A stretch of 64,000 nucleotides of DNA, taken from positions 74,400,001-74,464,000 of the forward strand of contig OX597816.1 of the NCBI GenBank assembly GCA_951406725.2, read 5' to 3'. The notes beneath the pieces are model-generated. The model was not told the origin of the DNA. It did not search any database and saw only the letters and a program-made list of their open reading frames with translations. This stretch comes from Octopus vulgaris (taxonomy: Eukaryota). Below, piece after piece: positions 51,848 to 64,000 of the stretch (the stretch's first letter is position 1; each line of letters opens with the position of its first letter). Position numbers and translations under genes: made by a program.

Positions 51848-53619
51848 GTGAGTATATGCCTTTATTTTCCTATTTCACATTTATTTTTTAAATAATGAAG
51901 TATTTACACAGCTTCTTAGGGGCCACTGGTCCTCCTAGAAATACGCACGCACGTATTTGTGTGTGTGTTTGCATTTTTGCCCCTACCATCACTTGTTTAT
52001 GTCCCCGTAACTTAGTGGTTCGGCAAATGAGACCAACAGATTGAGTACTAGGCTTACAAAGAATAAGGCCTGGGGCCCATTTTTCAACTAACACCCTTTT
52101 AGGCAGTGCTCCAGTATGGCTGCAGTCAGGTGAGTGAAACAAATAAACAAACAAAAGAATATGACTCCCCCCCCCAAAAAAGGTCATATGGACCCTGATT
52201 GAAAACCTCTGGACTAAAGTGTCATCCTAGGTATATGTGATGGAATGGTCATGACTGCAGCTGCTTTGTCCTTATAGCATTACTTAGCTATAAATTACAA
52301 ATTAGCTAAACAATAGTAGCTTGCTAAATCTCCCACAAGTTACACTTCCAGTATTAAAAAATGGTAAGTCATCCCAAATATATACAATGGAATGGCTGAA
52401 GCTTCTTTGATTGTACAAGTCTACAACAGTGATTCTCAATCATTTTTTTTTTCATCTGTGGACCCCGTTTGAATGTTATTTTACTAGGGTGGACACTAAG
52501 AGCTATTCAGAGTTTTAAAATAAGCCTATTAGATCTTTATAATTAAATATTATTAGGCGTGGCTGTGTGGTAAGAAGCTTGCTTCCCAACCACATGGTTC
52601 CGGGAAAGACTCTTCTACTATAGCCTCAGGTTGACCAAAGCCTTTTGAGTGGATTTGGTGGAGAGAAACTGAAAGAAAAAGGTATAAAGATACATAGTCT
52701 TTCCAAGCCACGCAGTGAACTACATAGTTTGCCTCTCCCAATTCTATGCTCGATTCTAGTGAAACCCATATTGTACGGCCGCCACCTTCTTGAAAAGGAA
52801 AGTCCTGGAGACTAGAGGAATGGTAAACATTATTTAATAAAACATCAGATTAGATTGTGTGAAATAAGAAAACCAAATATTTCAGAACCAAATCTAAAAT
52901 ATGAACAGCCAAATGACTAAATGTCCTAAAGGCTCGGATGCCATAGAAATGTAACTACGCAAAGTTAAAATTCTAGATGTCAAGTATACGGCCAGCAACT
53001 CTTCTCTATAGAAATCAATTCTATGATAGCTAATAACCTCACTGCTGGCGTGTATAATTCATAAAGTGTCAAATTACAGCATTTCAATGAAATTAATTTG
53101 ACGTACACGGGAAAACATTACATATGGAATCTAACCCCCAGAACAAAAAAAAAGTGTAGATGCACTAATACTGGTCAAAGATTCGGCAACAACAGTAAAA
53201 AAGCACAAAAAAAAAAAACAGATCGACATACTAAGACTGTCACTCCGCTGCCAAAACTGTGAATATTCTTTAAATGACTAAGTACGCAATTTACATAATA
53301 TAAGCGGGACATGACTCCAAGCTCCAATTTCGCCGAGGTACGCTCCCCTCCCCCCTCCACTTAACAGAACTGTAAATTGCAATGCAAAATCATACAATAG
53401 AATGCAGACATATAAAAGAAATTGAACTCATGTAGAAGTGACTGTGTGGTAAGTAGCTTGCTTATCAACCAGTCACTCCTACGTGACTGGTTGATAACCA
53501 TATAATCCGGGTTCAGTCCCACTGCATAGCACCTTGGGCAAGTGTCTTCTACTGTAGCCTCGGGCTGACCAAAGCCTTGTGAGTGAATTTGGTAGACGGA
53601 AACTGAAAGAAGCCCGTTG

Positions 53620-53656
<37 letters not shown>

Positions 53657-56600
53657 ATATTTCTGTGTCTGTATATGTTCCTCCAACATTGCTTGACAAC
53701 CGATGCTGGTGTGTTTACGTCCCTGTAACTTAGTGGTTTAGCAAAAGAGACCGATAGAATAAGAACTAGGCTTACAAAGAATAAGTCCTGGGGTCGATTT
53801 GCTTGACTAAAGGCAGTGCTCCAGCATGGCCACAGTCAAATGATTGGAACAAGTAAAAGAGAGTTACCAAAATTCAGTAGCTGGCCTTAATTTTAAATAA
53901 AATTTTAAAAATACTAAGCCAAAGAATTGGTGTATGAAAGTTACAGACAGCTTCCTTTTTATTTTAAAACCAATACAAACTAATATTTTAAAAAACGTAA
54001 TATTAGCGAGATATTTTTCTTTTATTCGAACAGAATCTAAAAATTGAGTGTTGAGTTTGCTGTTGTAAGGAAGCAACTTTGGGACACATTTCCAGCCAAA
54101 TGCTACTGACATATTAGACAGATTGGTCTTATAAGTGAGGCCAAGATACAAAAAGACTCAATTGACACAAGCAAAGTTCATAGTCACTAAAACAATGTGC
54201 TAGTATCAATTCTTTATTCCTTTTACAACAGATGTTCACATTTTAAAAAGTCTCTCATTCACCCCACCCACCCAAGGTGGTCTGAAGCATTCAGACTGAA
54301 AAGATAGAATTAGAAATAGACAGTTCAAGATTAAAGTTTTTAACAAGGCTCCTCCTCCTCTCCTTCCTCCTCATCCAAACCGCCTTCATCAGCAGTAGCA
54401 AGTTTAGGCGCAATGGCCCAATGGTTAGGGCAGCGAACTCGCGGTTTCGATTCCCAGACCGGGCATTGTGTGTGTTTATTGAGCGAAAACACCTAAAGCC
54501 CCACGAGGCTCCGGCAGGGGATGGTGGTGACCCCTGTTGTACTCTTTCACCCCAACTTTCTCTCACTCTTTCTTTCTGTTTCTTCTCCCCAACTTCCTAC
54601 GCAACTGCTGAGCCTGGATGCGCATTCATCCATCTGTCAATGCTCTCAGTGTTGGGGGTTGACCTGCTTTGTCTTCTGCGAGTCTTACGAATAGCAAAGG
54701 ACCATGTTTCGGACTTCCCTCACTACAGAAGACTGCTTCGCTCAACATCAACATCATCATCAACATCAGCAGTAGCATCCTGATATTGTTGGTACTCTGA
54801 TATCAAGTATATATATATATGTGTGTGGGTGTGTGTGTGTGTATATCTGTGTTTGTTTGTCACTCCCGCCCACCATCGCTCGACAACCTATGTTGGTGTG
54901 TTTGCATCCCCATAACTTAGTGGTTTGGCAAAAGAGAATGATAGAATGAGTACTAGGCTTACAGCAAATAAGTCATGGGGTCAATTTGTTTGACTAAAAG
55001 GTGGTGCTCTAGCATGGCTGCAGTCAAATGACTCAAACAAATAAAATAATAAAAAAAATTGTCAAAACATTTTATATATTGCAGAAGAATAACTAATTTA
55101 TTGCAAATAAATCTTCACAACAAAATCTAATATGGACCCCTAAGGGTTCACTTAAAATTAGGGGTTTCAGGGTATAAGAGCAAAGTTTTAGAGTCTACTC
55201 TTTTTACTCTCTCTTTTACTCTTTTACTTGTTTCAGTCATTTGACTGTGGCCATGCTGGAGCACTACCTTTAATCGAGCTAATTGACCCCAGGACTTATT
55301 CTTTGGAAGCCTAGTACTTATTCTATTGGTCCCTTTTGCTGAACCGCTAAGTTCAGGGACATAAACACACCATCATTGGTTATCAAGCAATCTTGGGGGA
55401 CAAACAAAGACACACAAACATATACACACAAATACAGATATACATAAATATATACGACGTGCTTCTTTCAGTTTCCGTCTACCAAATCCACTCACAAGGC
55501 TTTGGTCAACCCGAGGCTATAGTAGAAGACACTTGCCCAAGGTGCCATGCAGTGGGAAGGAACCCGGAACCATGTGGTTGGTAAGCAAGCTTCTTACCAC
55601 ACAGCCACATTGCAAAACGAGAAATAATTTTCCACCTAAGTTCGTTATTTGTTTGTAATTATTTTACTTTGAGTACTTTCTAATGTAAAGGCATGACCTT
55701 CACAACATCCATTCCTCTCTCTCCTCTTGAAATGAATAGAACTGATGACACTTTCAGTGTATTCCACTGACCTCAGATAATTACCTTGTTGATTAATATA
55801 GATACCGGTGTTATGCAAATGGCATGTAAAAGCACCCATTGCACTCTCGGAGTGGTTGGCGTTAGGAAGGGCATTCAGCTGTAGAAAGCCATGCCAAATC
55901 AGACTGGAGTCTGGTGCAGCCTTCCAACTTAACAACCCTGGTCAAACTGTCCAACCCATACCAAAGAGAGAGAGAGAGAAAGTTTGATTGATCTTAATCA
56001 TCTTTCCAATTGTGGAGTAACATTCTGATAATTAATTTGAAAATTTTTCGAGTGTTGGACCCTGTGGAGGCAATGACCAAGATCTTTGGCATTATGTTGT
56101 GCTTGAGATGAAGACCCATCAAGCCTAGCAGTTGTGGCATAATACTGGTGTCGCACAAATTGGCACCCGTGCCAGTAGCATGCAAGCGCACCCTGGTGTC
56201 ACACAAACGACGCCCATGGCGGTAGCACGTAAAAGCACCCATTACACTCTCAGAGTGGTTGGCGATAGGAAGGGCATCCAGTTGTAGAAAGCCATGCCAA
56301 ATCAGACTGGAGTCTGGTGCAGCCTTCCAACTTAACAACCCTGGTCAAACTGTCCAACCCATACCAGCATGGACAACAGGCATTAAATGGTGATGATGAA
56401 ATTAAGATGTTGGTCTTGCAGAATCCTTAGCAAGCTGGGCAAAATGCTTAGTGATTTCTTGTTCATCCTTGCGTTCTGAGTTCAAATTCCACCAAGGTTG
56501 ACTTTGCCTTTCATCCTCTTAGGGTTGATGAAATAAGTACCAGTTGTGTACTGGGGTCAATGTAGTTGATTTACCTGCTCCCCTGAACTTGTCGGCTTTA

Positions 56601-56928
56601 TGCCAAAATTTGAAACCAATATTAATTATTGAAATTAAGTTTCCATTATCTCATTGCAACAGGAATTTAAATTAATTGACATTTTTGACTCAATACATTA
56701 TGTTAGCACTCACTTAACTATTGTGTTTCATTCAGATGGTGACCCTAAGTTGTTGTCCTCTTGTCATATAAGTTTAGATACAGATGAAGATGACAATAAC
56801 ACTGATATGGTGGTGTGGTGGCCTGCCTTCTTACCTACCTACCTTTATCCCTTCCTCCCTCCCCTATTTATCCTTCTCTTTCTTTCCTTTTTTTCTAATT
56901 CTTTTTATTTTTATCTTTTACTCTTTAG

Positions 56929-57083
56929 ATCTCGAAGTAATCAGTTTTTGCAAACAATTGAGAGAATCTGCAGCAGACCATCATACATGTGTGGTGGATC
57001 GAGACGAGATGCAGCAGAGGATCTACTGCAGTTACGGTTTGCGACTGGAAAGATCCATCTAATAATTACATCAAGCAAATTTG
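56929..57083 (+). CDS. AGTPBP1: Cytosolic carboxypeptidase 1-like, exon (SRSNQFLQTIERICSRP...LRFATGKIHLIITSSKF)
   Basis: Long polypyrimidine tract plus tttag acceptor and gtaaaa donor; phase 2 to 1. Resembles the vertebrate AGTPBP1 N-terminus as I recall it (SRIVGLLAQLEKINAEP...RYVTSKILHL). Confidence 0.75.
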
Positions 57084-59149
57084 GTAAAAATCCTTTGGAT
57101 TACACCTATCATCATCATCATCATTTTCATCATCTTCATCATCATTTAACTTTCATATTCCATGCTGGCATGAATTGGAGAGTTTGACTGGATCCAATCA
57201 GTCTGAAAGACATGTCATGCTTCAGTGTCTGCTTTGGAATAGTTTCTATGGCTGAATGCCTCTCCTTACGTCAAACACTTCACAATGTGTACTGGGTGCT
57301 TTTTCTGTGACACTAGTCCTAGTGAGGCCATCCTGCAGCTTTCAAGACTATGGAACCCTAATGAGTTGGCTTTACACAAAGAGTTGAATGGTTAGGGTTG
57401 AATGGAAGAAGTGATTAAAGAAGTTTGATTAAATGGAGCCACCTGAAACAGTTATTATCATCATCATTGTTTAATGTCCGTTTTCCATGCTAGCATGGGT
57501 TGGACGGTTTTGACTGAGGGTTGGCAACCAGATGGCTGCACCAGGCTCCAGTCTTGATCTGGCAGAGTTTCTACAGCTGGATGCCCTTCCTAATGCCAAC
57601 CACTCCGAGAGTGTAGTGGGTGCTTTTTACGTGCCACCTGCATGGGGGCCAGTCAGGCGATACTGGCAATGACCTCGCTCGAATCTTTTTACACATGCCA
57701 CCAACACAGGTGCCAGTGAAGCGACGTTGGTAATGATCACGCTCGAATGGTGCCCTTTTATGTGCCACGGGTACAGAAGCCAGTTGGCTGCTCTGGCAAC
57801 GATCACTCCATTAATACCTGACATCCTCTTACTTATTTGATTTATACATACATACATATGTCCATCCATCCATCCATCCATCACAGCTGCATCCTCGTTA
57901 CACGAGAAAAGCCATTGCCAAGAAGACTTACTGAAATGATTCATGGTTGTTGCCATGTGATGCCCTTATATGACTTTTAAGCCCGACCAAGCCTTTACAC
58001 CATTTTATTACATACTAGACAACTGTGCTGGCTGGCAGGAGAAACAGGTGCCACCATATGCACTCTCTTAATATGTCTTTTTAGACCTCCAACTGAGAGG
58101 CACACCCTTCCACATTTTGACATACATTCTTTTATGAATTTTAATAGCCACATCATTGTTTATCATGGGTCGATTTCTATGAGATTTTGATGGCTCACCA
58201 GACCTGCATGACTCAAACACCTCCACCAACAAACTACACACATAAAAAGCAACATACATACATACATACATCCCCATTCTCCTCATCGTTTACCGTCCGC
58301 TTTCCATGCTGACATGGATTGGATGGTTTGACAGGAGCTGGCCAGGCAGAAGACTGCACCAGACTTCTGTGTCTGTTTTGGCAGGGTTTCTACAGCTGGA
58401 TGCCCTTCCTAACACCAGCCACTTTACAGAGTGAGCTGAGTGCTTTTTACATGGCACAAGCACGAGAGGTCAGTTTTGCCTGCCCTTTCCGCTGTCTGAC
58501 CTTTGAGTTTCATAAGCTTCTTAATCTCGCGTGTCTTCACCATTTCAAATTCTTTCATGTACAACTTTTCTAGATCTTGTTGGGTTCTCTTTCAGTTGTC
58601 ATCTCTGGTTATTTTCCTAAGTAATGAAGACAACTTCTCTTTGATTTCGTTATTTAGTTGATGTTTTTTCTAATGGTTGTCATGGATCCTCTCACAGACG
58701 AGGGCATGTCCTGCCCTTTCTGCTCAGTTTTGGTTTGACTTTTACAGCTGGATGCCCTTCCAAATGCCAACCACTTTACAGTGTTGATTGGATGCTTTTT
58801 ACATGGCATCAGCATGGGTAGGGTCACCAAGTAACTTGTGAGACAAAGATCCTTTGAGAGGGGAGGAGGTATTAGCAGAGGGGATCCTGTGTCAGACGAT
58901 GAATGGTTAGAATGTGTGTGTGTGTGTGTGTGAAATTAAATATTAAAGTATTTTCCTTCTTTTGTTTAAAAGTACTTTTTTCTGAAACAACCATCAATGT
59001 GCTTCGTCAGTGATTGATGGATTGCCTGATTGCAGTATAGAGAAAACCAACATGTCTGTCACTGGAGGATAAATGAATCTAAAGCAATAGAGTCACGTTT
59101 GTTGTTTGTGCTGATGACAAAAAAGAAATTTGAAAGTTCTGTTATCAAA

Positions 59150-60135
59150 TACCAGGAGAGGGGGGATACCCAGAAGTAGTTGAAAGCTTCTGTTATCTAG
59201 GTGATCAAGTTAGCACTGGAATAAGAATAGGCTGGGGAAAGTTTGGAGAGCTCCTGCCTTTGTTGGCAACAAAGGGCCTCTCCCTCAGAATGAAAGGTAG
59301 ACTGTATGCTGCCTGAGTGTGAACAGCCATGCTCCATGGCAGTGAAACATGAGCTGTAACTGCAGAGGACATGTGAAGACTTGAAAGAAATGAAGCCAGT
59401 ATGCTTTGCTGGATGTGCAATGTCAGTGTGCTTGTACGACAGAGCGTAAATGTCTTCAGAGAAAAACTGGGCATAATAGGCATTAGATGTGGTGTGCAAG
59501 AAAGATGAATGTTCTGGTATGGCCATGTGATGCTTATGGACGAGGACAGCTCTATAAAGAAGTGCTGATCTCTAACTGTGGAGGGAACCTGTGGAAGAGG
59601 TAGACCCAGGGATGAAGTGATGAAGCATGATCTTTGAATGTTGGGCCTCATAGGAGCAACGACAAGAGACCAAGACCTTTAGCGATATGCTGTGCTTGAG
59701 AAGATGCCTCAAGTGAGGTGAAATTGTAGTCGTGGCCATTGCCAATGTCATGTGAATGGCACCTGTGAAATCATATTTGTGGCCGTTGCTGGTAGCAGGA
59801 TCTTTGAATGTCAGACCTTATGGAGGTGAAGACAAGTGACCGAGACCTTTGGAGAGGTGCTGTGCTTAAGAAGACTTGCCAAGCCAAGTGAAATCGCCAC
59901 AGAGACAACTGTTGCCAGTGCCATGTAAATAGCACCTGTGAAATCATAGTTGAGGCCATTACCAGCGTCATGTAAATGACACATATGTCAGTGGCATGTG
60001 AAAAGCACATATTACTCTCTGGAAGTGGTTGGCTTTAGGAAGGGCATCCAGCCAGAGAAACCAAGCCAAATCAGACAGGAACCTGGTGCAGCTCTCCAGC
60101 TCAGCAGTTCCAGTCAAACCACCTAATCCATGCCA
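59150..60135 (+). mobile_element. Decayed RTE LINE 3' region and 3'UTR
   Basis: Interrupted RTE motifs (F.YLGD, KGRLYAA, MLHGSET, WYGHV, RGRPR) leading into the family C tail. Confidence 0.85.
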
Positions 60136-60160
60136 GTATGGAAAGTTTTATATATATATA

Positions 60161-62072
60161 CTAGCTGAAGGTGACACGCTCTATGCGTGGGTAAGAGTGT
60201 GGTTGTTACTTTCTGTTGCTTCCTTTCAGCACGTAAAAAGCACCATCCGAACGTGGCCAATTGCAGCGCCGCCTTGACTGGCTTCTGTGCCGGTGGCATG
60301 TAAAAACACCAACTGATCGTGGCCGCTGCCAGCCCCCTGGCACCTGTGCTGGCGGCACGAAAAAGCACCCACTACGCTCACAGAGTGGTTGGCGTTAGGA
60401 AGGGCATCCACCTGTAGAAACACTGCCAGATCAGACTGGAGCCTGGTGCAGCCTCCTGGCTTCCCAGACCCCGGTCAAACTGTCCAACCCGTGCTAGCAC
60501 GGACAACAGACGTTAAACGATGATGATGATGATTCTCTCTCCTTTCTCTCTCACTTTCCCCACTCTCTTACTCTTCCTTTCTCTCGGACTCTCCCTCGCT
60601 TTCTCTTACTCTCTATCTTTATCTATCTCTCTCCCATTTATTAACAACAAAAGATCTTGAGTAAGTTGAGAAATAAAATATTTAGAAAGATCAATCATAA
60701 ATATCAGGCAGTAACAATGGAAAAATCTGCTTCAAGGCAGACAGCAAAACACTAACATTTAAAAGGGACAGACGAACTTGCGAGCTGAATAAAAATAATA
60801 AAATATTGGAAACCAAAGTTTGAAGGGATAGAATGTGAGGATAGTAGAGTCACCATGGCCGGCATTTCTTAATGACGGACAGCAACGTTTTGACAGTTTA
60901 ACGGCTGGCGTAAAATTTTGAACTTGATGTAAAAGAAATCCCTAAACACCAAGTTTTGAAGTGATTCTTTCTCATGACAATAGACTCACCATGGTAAGCA
61001 TTCAAAACTTCTTCATCATGGACGGCAACACATTGACGATTAAAAGGCTGGCGCAAATTTTTTAGCTTGATGTAGCAGAGAATTCCTAAACACCTGCTCC
61101 TTTAAATTTTAATCCCCTTCCAGCCCCATTTAGACCCTTTTCACATTTTGGTTAATATAACCCAATTTCATTTGGGTCTACTGGGGCCACATATGAGGAA
61201 TTTTGTCCTAGAGGTCACGCCTTTCATTTGAGGGAAAAAAATAGTTGTCATGCAAACTTGCGAGCACTTTTAACATAGGTCTGCATATTTTCAGCTCAAC
61301 CGACCACATAATGCACACATTATATATATATATATGTATATATGTGTGTGTGTGTGTGTGTTTGAGTCTCTCTCATACGTGAGCGTTGATGCTGAATTCG
61401 ACTGGTAAGCAGGTAACCTTGTCTTTGTTGAAATAGTTGTGAGCTGCTGGAGTTATTTCTCTGACGGGTAATAGGAATTTCCATATCCTCCGAGGAAATT
61501 AACTGTTGACCCAGACAATTAGAATTAATTTTAATCAAAGCATTAATTTAAGAAAAAATAATAAAGTAGTAAAAAATGAAAATTTAACACAAAAAATTTG
61601 CAGGGTTCTAAATAAATGTTAAAATGTAATAGATACGAAAAACCTACGTTATCACCAGAACACGAACGCTGGTTGGTGTGTTCTGTTTGTATTTGCTCCA
61701 TCGGCGTGTTGACAGGCAGACAATAGAATACGATGGCGGTGGCGATGATAATTCTCTCTATGAATGCAGACAGATACATAAAAGAAGGCCATTTGAGGAA
61801 GTGAAAGTAATGGGAATGTATGAAATAGAGTGAGTGAAAAAGTGCTGGGAAGAGAGGAAATAGCGAGAGTGAGTTGAGGAAGACAGATACATTAAAGAAC
61901 CGGAGTGGACTTGTCAAAGTGGGGTTTTGGCCCTAGCAACGACACCTTTTAAGACGGGCATCGTCACCTCATTTTACATGTCCCTGTAAATTTTGGAGTC
62001 AATCGGACAGGATGTAGTGGCCTTGAAAGCGATCCAAGCAGTAAAAACGCATTTCAGTTTTATATATAGAGA
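60161..62072 (-). mobile_element. Probable non-autonomous Helitron (Lep1-like) with nested repeat at 60230-60530
   Basis: On the minus strand, a 5' TC at 62072 and a 3' CTAG at 60161 with hairpin cacgc-tctat-gcgtg. Internal ~130-bp duplication at ~60840-61100. May be composite. Confidence 0.55.
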
Positions 62073-62802
62073 TAAAACTTTACTCTTTTACTCGTTTCAG
62101 TCATTTGACTTCAGCCATGCTGGAGCACCACCTTTAGTTGAGCAAATCGACCCCATGATTTGCCTAGTACTTATTCTATTGGTCCCTTTTGCCGAACCGC
62201 TAAGTTACGGGGATGTAAACACACCAGCATCAGTTGTCAAGTGATGTTGGGGGACAAACACAAATACACACACGCATATATGTATACATATACATATATA
62301 CGACTGGTTTCTTTTCAGTTTTGTCTACTAAAATCCACTCACAAGGCTTTGGTTGGCCCGAGGCTATAGTAGAAGACACTTGCCCAAGGTGTCACGCAGT
62401 GGGACTGAACCCAGAACCATGTGGTTGGTAAGCAAGCTGCTTACCAAACAGCCACTCCTATGCTTTGACAATAATATTTTCAAAAACATGTAGTTTGGTA
62501 TAGAAATTATTTTCAAAAAAACTAATTCAATATGTAATTTTTCACACATACACGACATCACATCATCATAATTTAATGTCCATTTTCCATGCTGTCATGG
62601 GTTGAACAGTTTAACAGTATCTGGCAAGCTTCAGTATCAGCATTGCTGTAATTTCTCCAGCTAAATGCCCTTCCTAAAGCTAATTTCTTTACAGTGTGTT
62701 TTGGGTGCATTTTTGGGGGTTAAATAATTTCTTTGAAATATTTCAGCTGAAAATATTAATCTCATTCTTCATTTCCCATTTTTCTCTTTTCTCCTTGCCT
62801 AG

Positions 62803-62870
62803 ATGCTGCATCCAAAGAGTCCTTCATTCGACAGAATGGTCTGCCTATTTTAATAATGGCGCTGCGGGCA
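62803..62870 (+). CDS. AGTPBP1: Cytosolic carboxypeptidase 1-like, exon (DAASKESFIRQNGLPILIMALRA); gene continues beyond window
   Basis: Polypyrimidine plus cctag acceptor and perfect gtaagt donor; phase 1 to 0. Aligns with AGTPBP1 ..TGMEILLSTLEN as recalled. Confidence 0.75.
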
Positions 62871-63411
62871 GTAAGTGGATTGTTTCTTGCATCTTTTGAT
62901 CAAACTATCATCTCTCTCTCTCTAAAGGGAACTACCATGTTGCTGTTGTTGTTGTTGTTGTTGTTGCTTATCTCCTCATCAGATCTGATGCAGTTGGCTT
63001 CTCATCAAAAACTTTGCAGCCATGACCATCTCATCATTTTTTCACCTTGAGCCCTAAACCACGGTTTCCTTGGTATATAAGTGACTGAGATCCCAACATT
63101 CCCCCCTGGATGGGATACTGGTCCATTGCAGGGTCTGAGACTAGCAATTTTGAGGGGAGGGGTAAAGTCAAGTGCATCAAACCCTAGCACTTGACTAGGA
63201 CTATTTTTTTTAATTATCAAAGGATGAAAGACAAAAGTTGACCTCTGTAGGATTTGGACTCAGGATATAAAGAACTGGAAGATACAGTTAAGCATTTAGT
63301 CTGATGAGCTAACAATTCTACCAGCTTGCTGCTTTCATATCATAGCATATCTTGGACTACATAATCTGTAAGCTGTCCTCTATATTTCATAAGAAGCTAG
63401 GCATTATTTAA

Positions 63412-63631
63412 CCCTTTTGTAACCAACCCAGCTGAAACCAGCTCTGGCTCTGAGTACAAATGTCTTGTTTTCATAAGTTTTGAATTAAAATCTTCCACCA
63501 AACCTTAGTCACAATTTATGTTCCTAACACTAGCTTAATGATAACTAAGTTATTTTGCTAAATTCTTTGTGATATTTAAAGTCATTGAAAGAAACACAGA
63601 GCATCTCAACAGAAATATGGTATCAAAAGGG
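63412..63631. mobile_element. piggyBac-type MITE
   Basis: TTAA|cccttttgt.acc...ggtatcaaaaggg|TTAA. Confidence 0.85.
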
Positions 63632-63662
63632 TTAAAATATATAATACAGAAATAATACTTAA

Positions 63663-63768
63663 CCCTTTTGAATGATAACTAAGTTATTTTACTAAATTCT
63701 TTGTTATATTTAAAGTAATAATTGAAAGAAATACAGAGCATCTCAAAATAAATACAGTAATGAAAGAG
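63663..63768. mobile_element. Internally deleted tandem copy of the piggyBac MITE
   Basis: TTAA|cccttttg...gaaagag|TTAA; shares the 3' half of 63412-63631. Confidence 0.75.
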
Positions 63769-64000
63769 TTAATGGAAATTTGGTCGATATTGCTAGCAGG
63801 TTCTGCATCTGCATAGAGCAGTGATTCTCAACCCCTTTTTTCCCTATGGACCCCTTTGGTTTCTATTCTTCTCAAATGGCCCCCATAACCATTTGATGTT
63901 TAAAAGATCCCCTTACATTTTTATAATCAGATATTAGGAATTGTATAAAAAATTGTTACAATATTTTGTACGTAGAAGTATCACCAGTTTATTGCAGATA

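Noticed and set aside
56736-56812. Extra coding exon (DGDPKLLSSCHISLDTDEDDNNTDMV)
   Set aside because: Its open frame needs phase 1 but the preceding exon ends in phase 2, giving an immediate TGA, and the donor is weak. It could only be an alternative or poison exon.

Overview
AT-rich, repeat-saturated animal DNA. The tRNA-derived SINE families, RTE LINE tails and (TA)/(CA)/(GAT) microsatellites match what I know of octopus (coleoid cephalopod) genomes; the organism is an inference. Almost all ORFs in the supplied track are microsatellite or repeat artefacts. One host gene is supported: three phase-compatible + strand exons (51757-51847, 56929-57083, 62803-62870), possibly with an upstream start exon at 47384-47569. 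They encode an N-terminus resembling cytosolic carboxypeptidase 1 (AGTPBP1/Nna1), and the gene runs off the right end. The rest is mobile DNA: a decayed Penelope-like element (PLE), a Dong/R4 fragment, RTE, CR1 and RNase H LINE fragments, a Gypsy-type LTR, non-autonomous Helitrons, hAT and piggyBac MITEs, and dozens of SINEs. The most notable observations are four. (1) A ~1 kb tract (~7190-8220) has the composition and neighbour bias of ADAR A-to-G hyper-edited RNA fixed in the DNA sequence. (2) A tRNA-headed SINE-like element carries a minimal Penelope-type hammerhead ribozyme and also occurs as an inverted pair with a target-site duplication (TSD). (3) Fold-back hairpin elements recur inside (TA)n tracts with PLE architecture. 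(4) A CRISPR-looking array of LTR-end + primer-binding-site units follows the Gypsy LTR.
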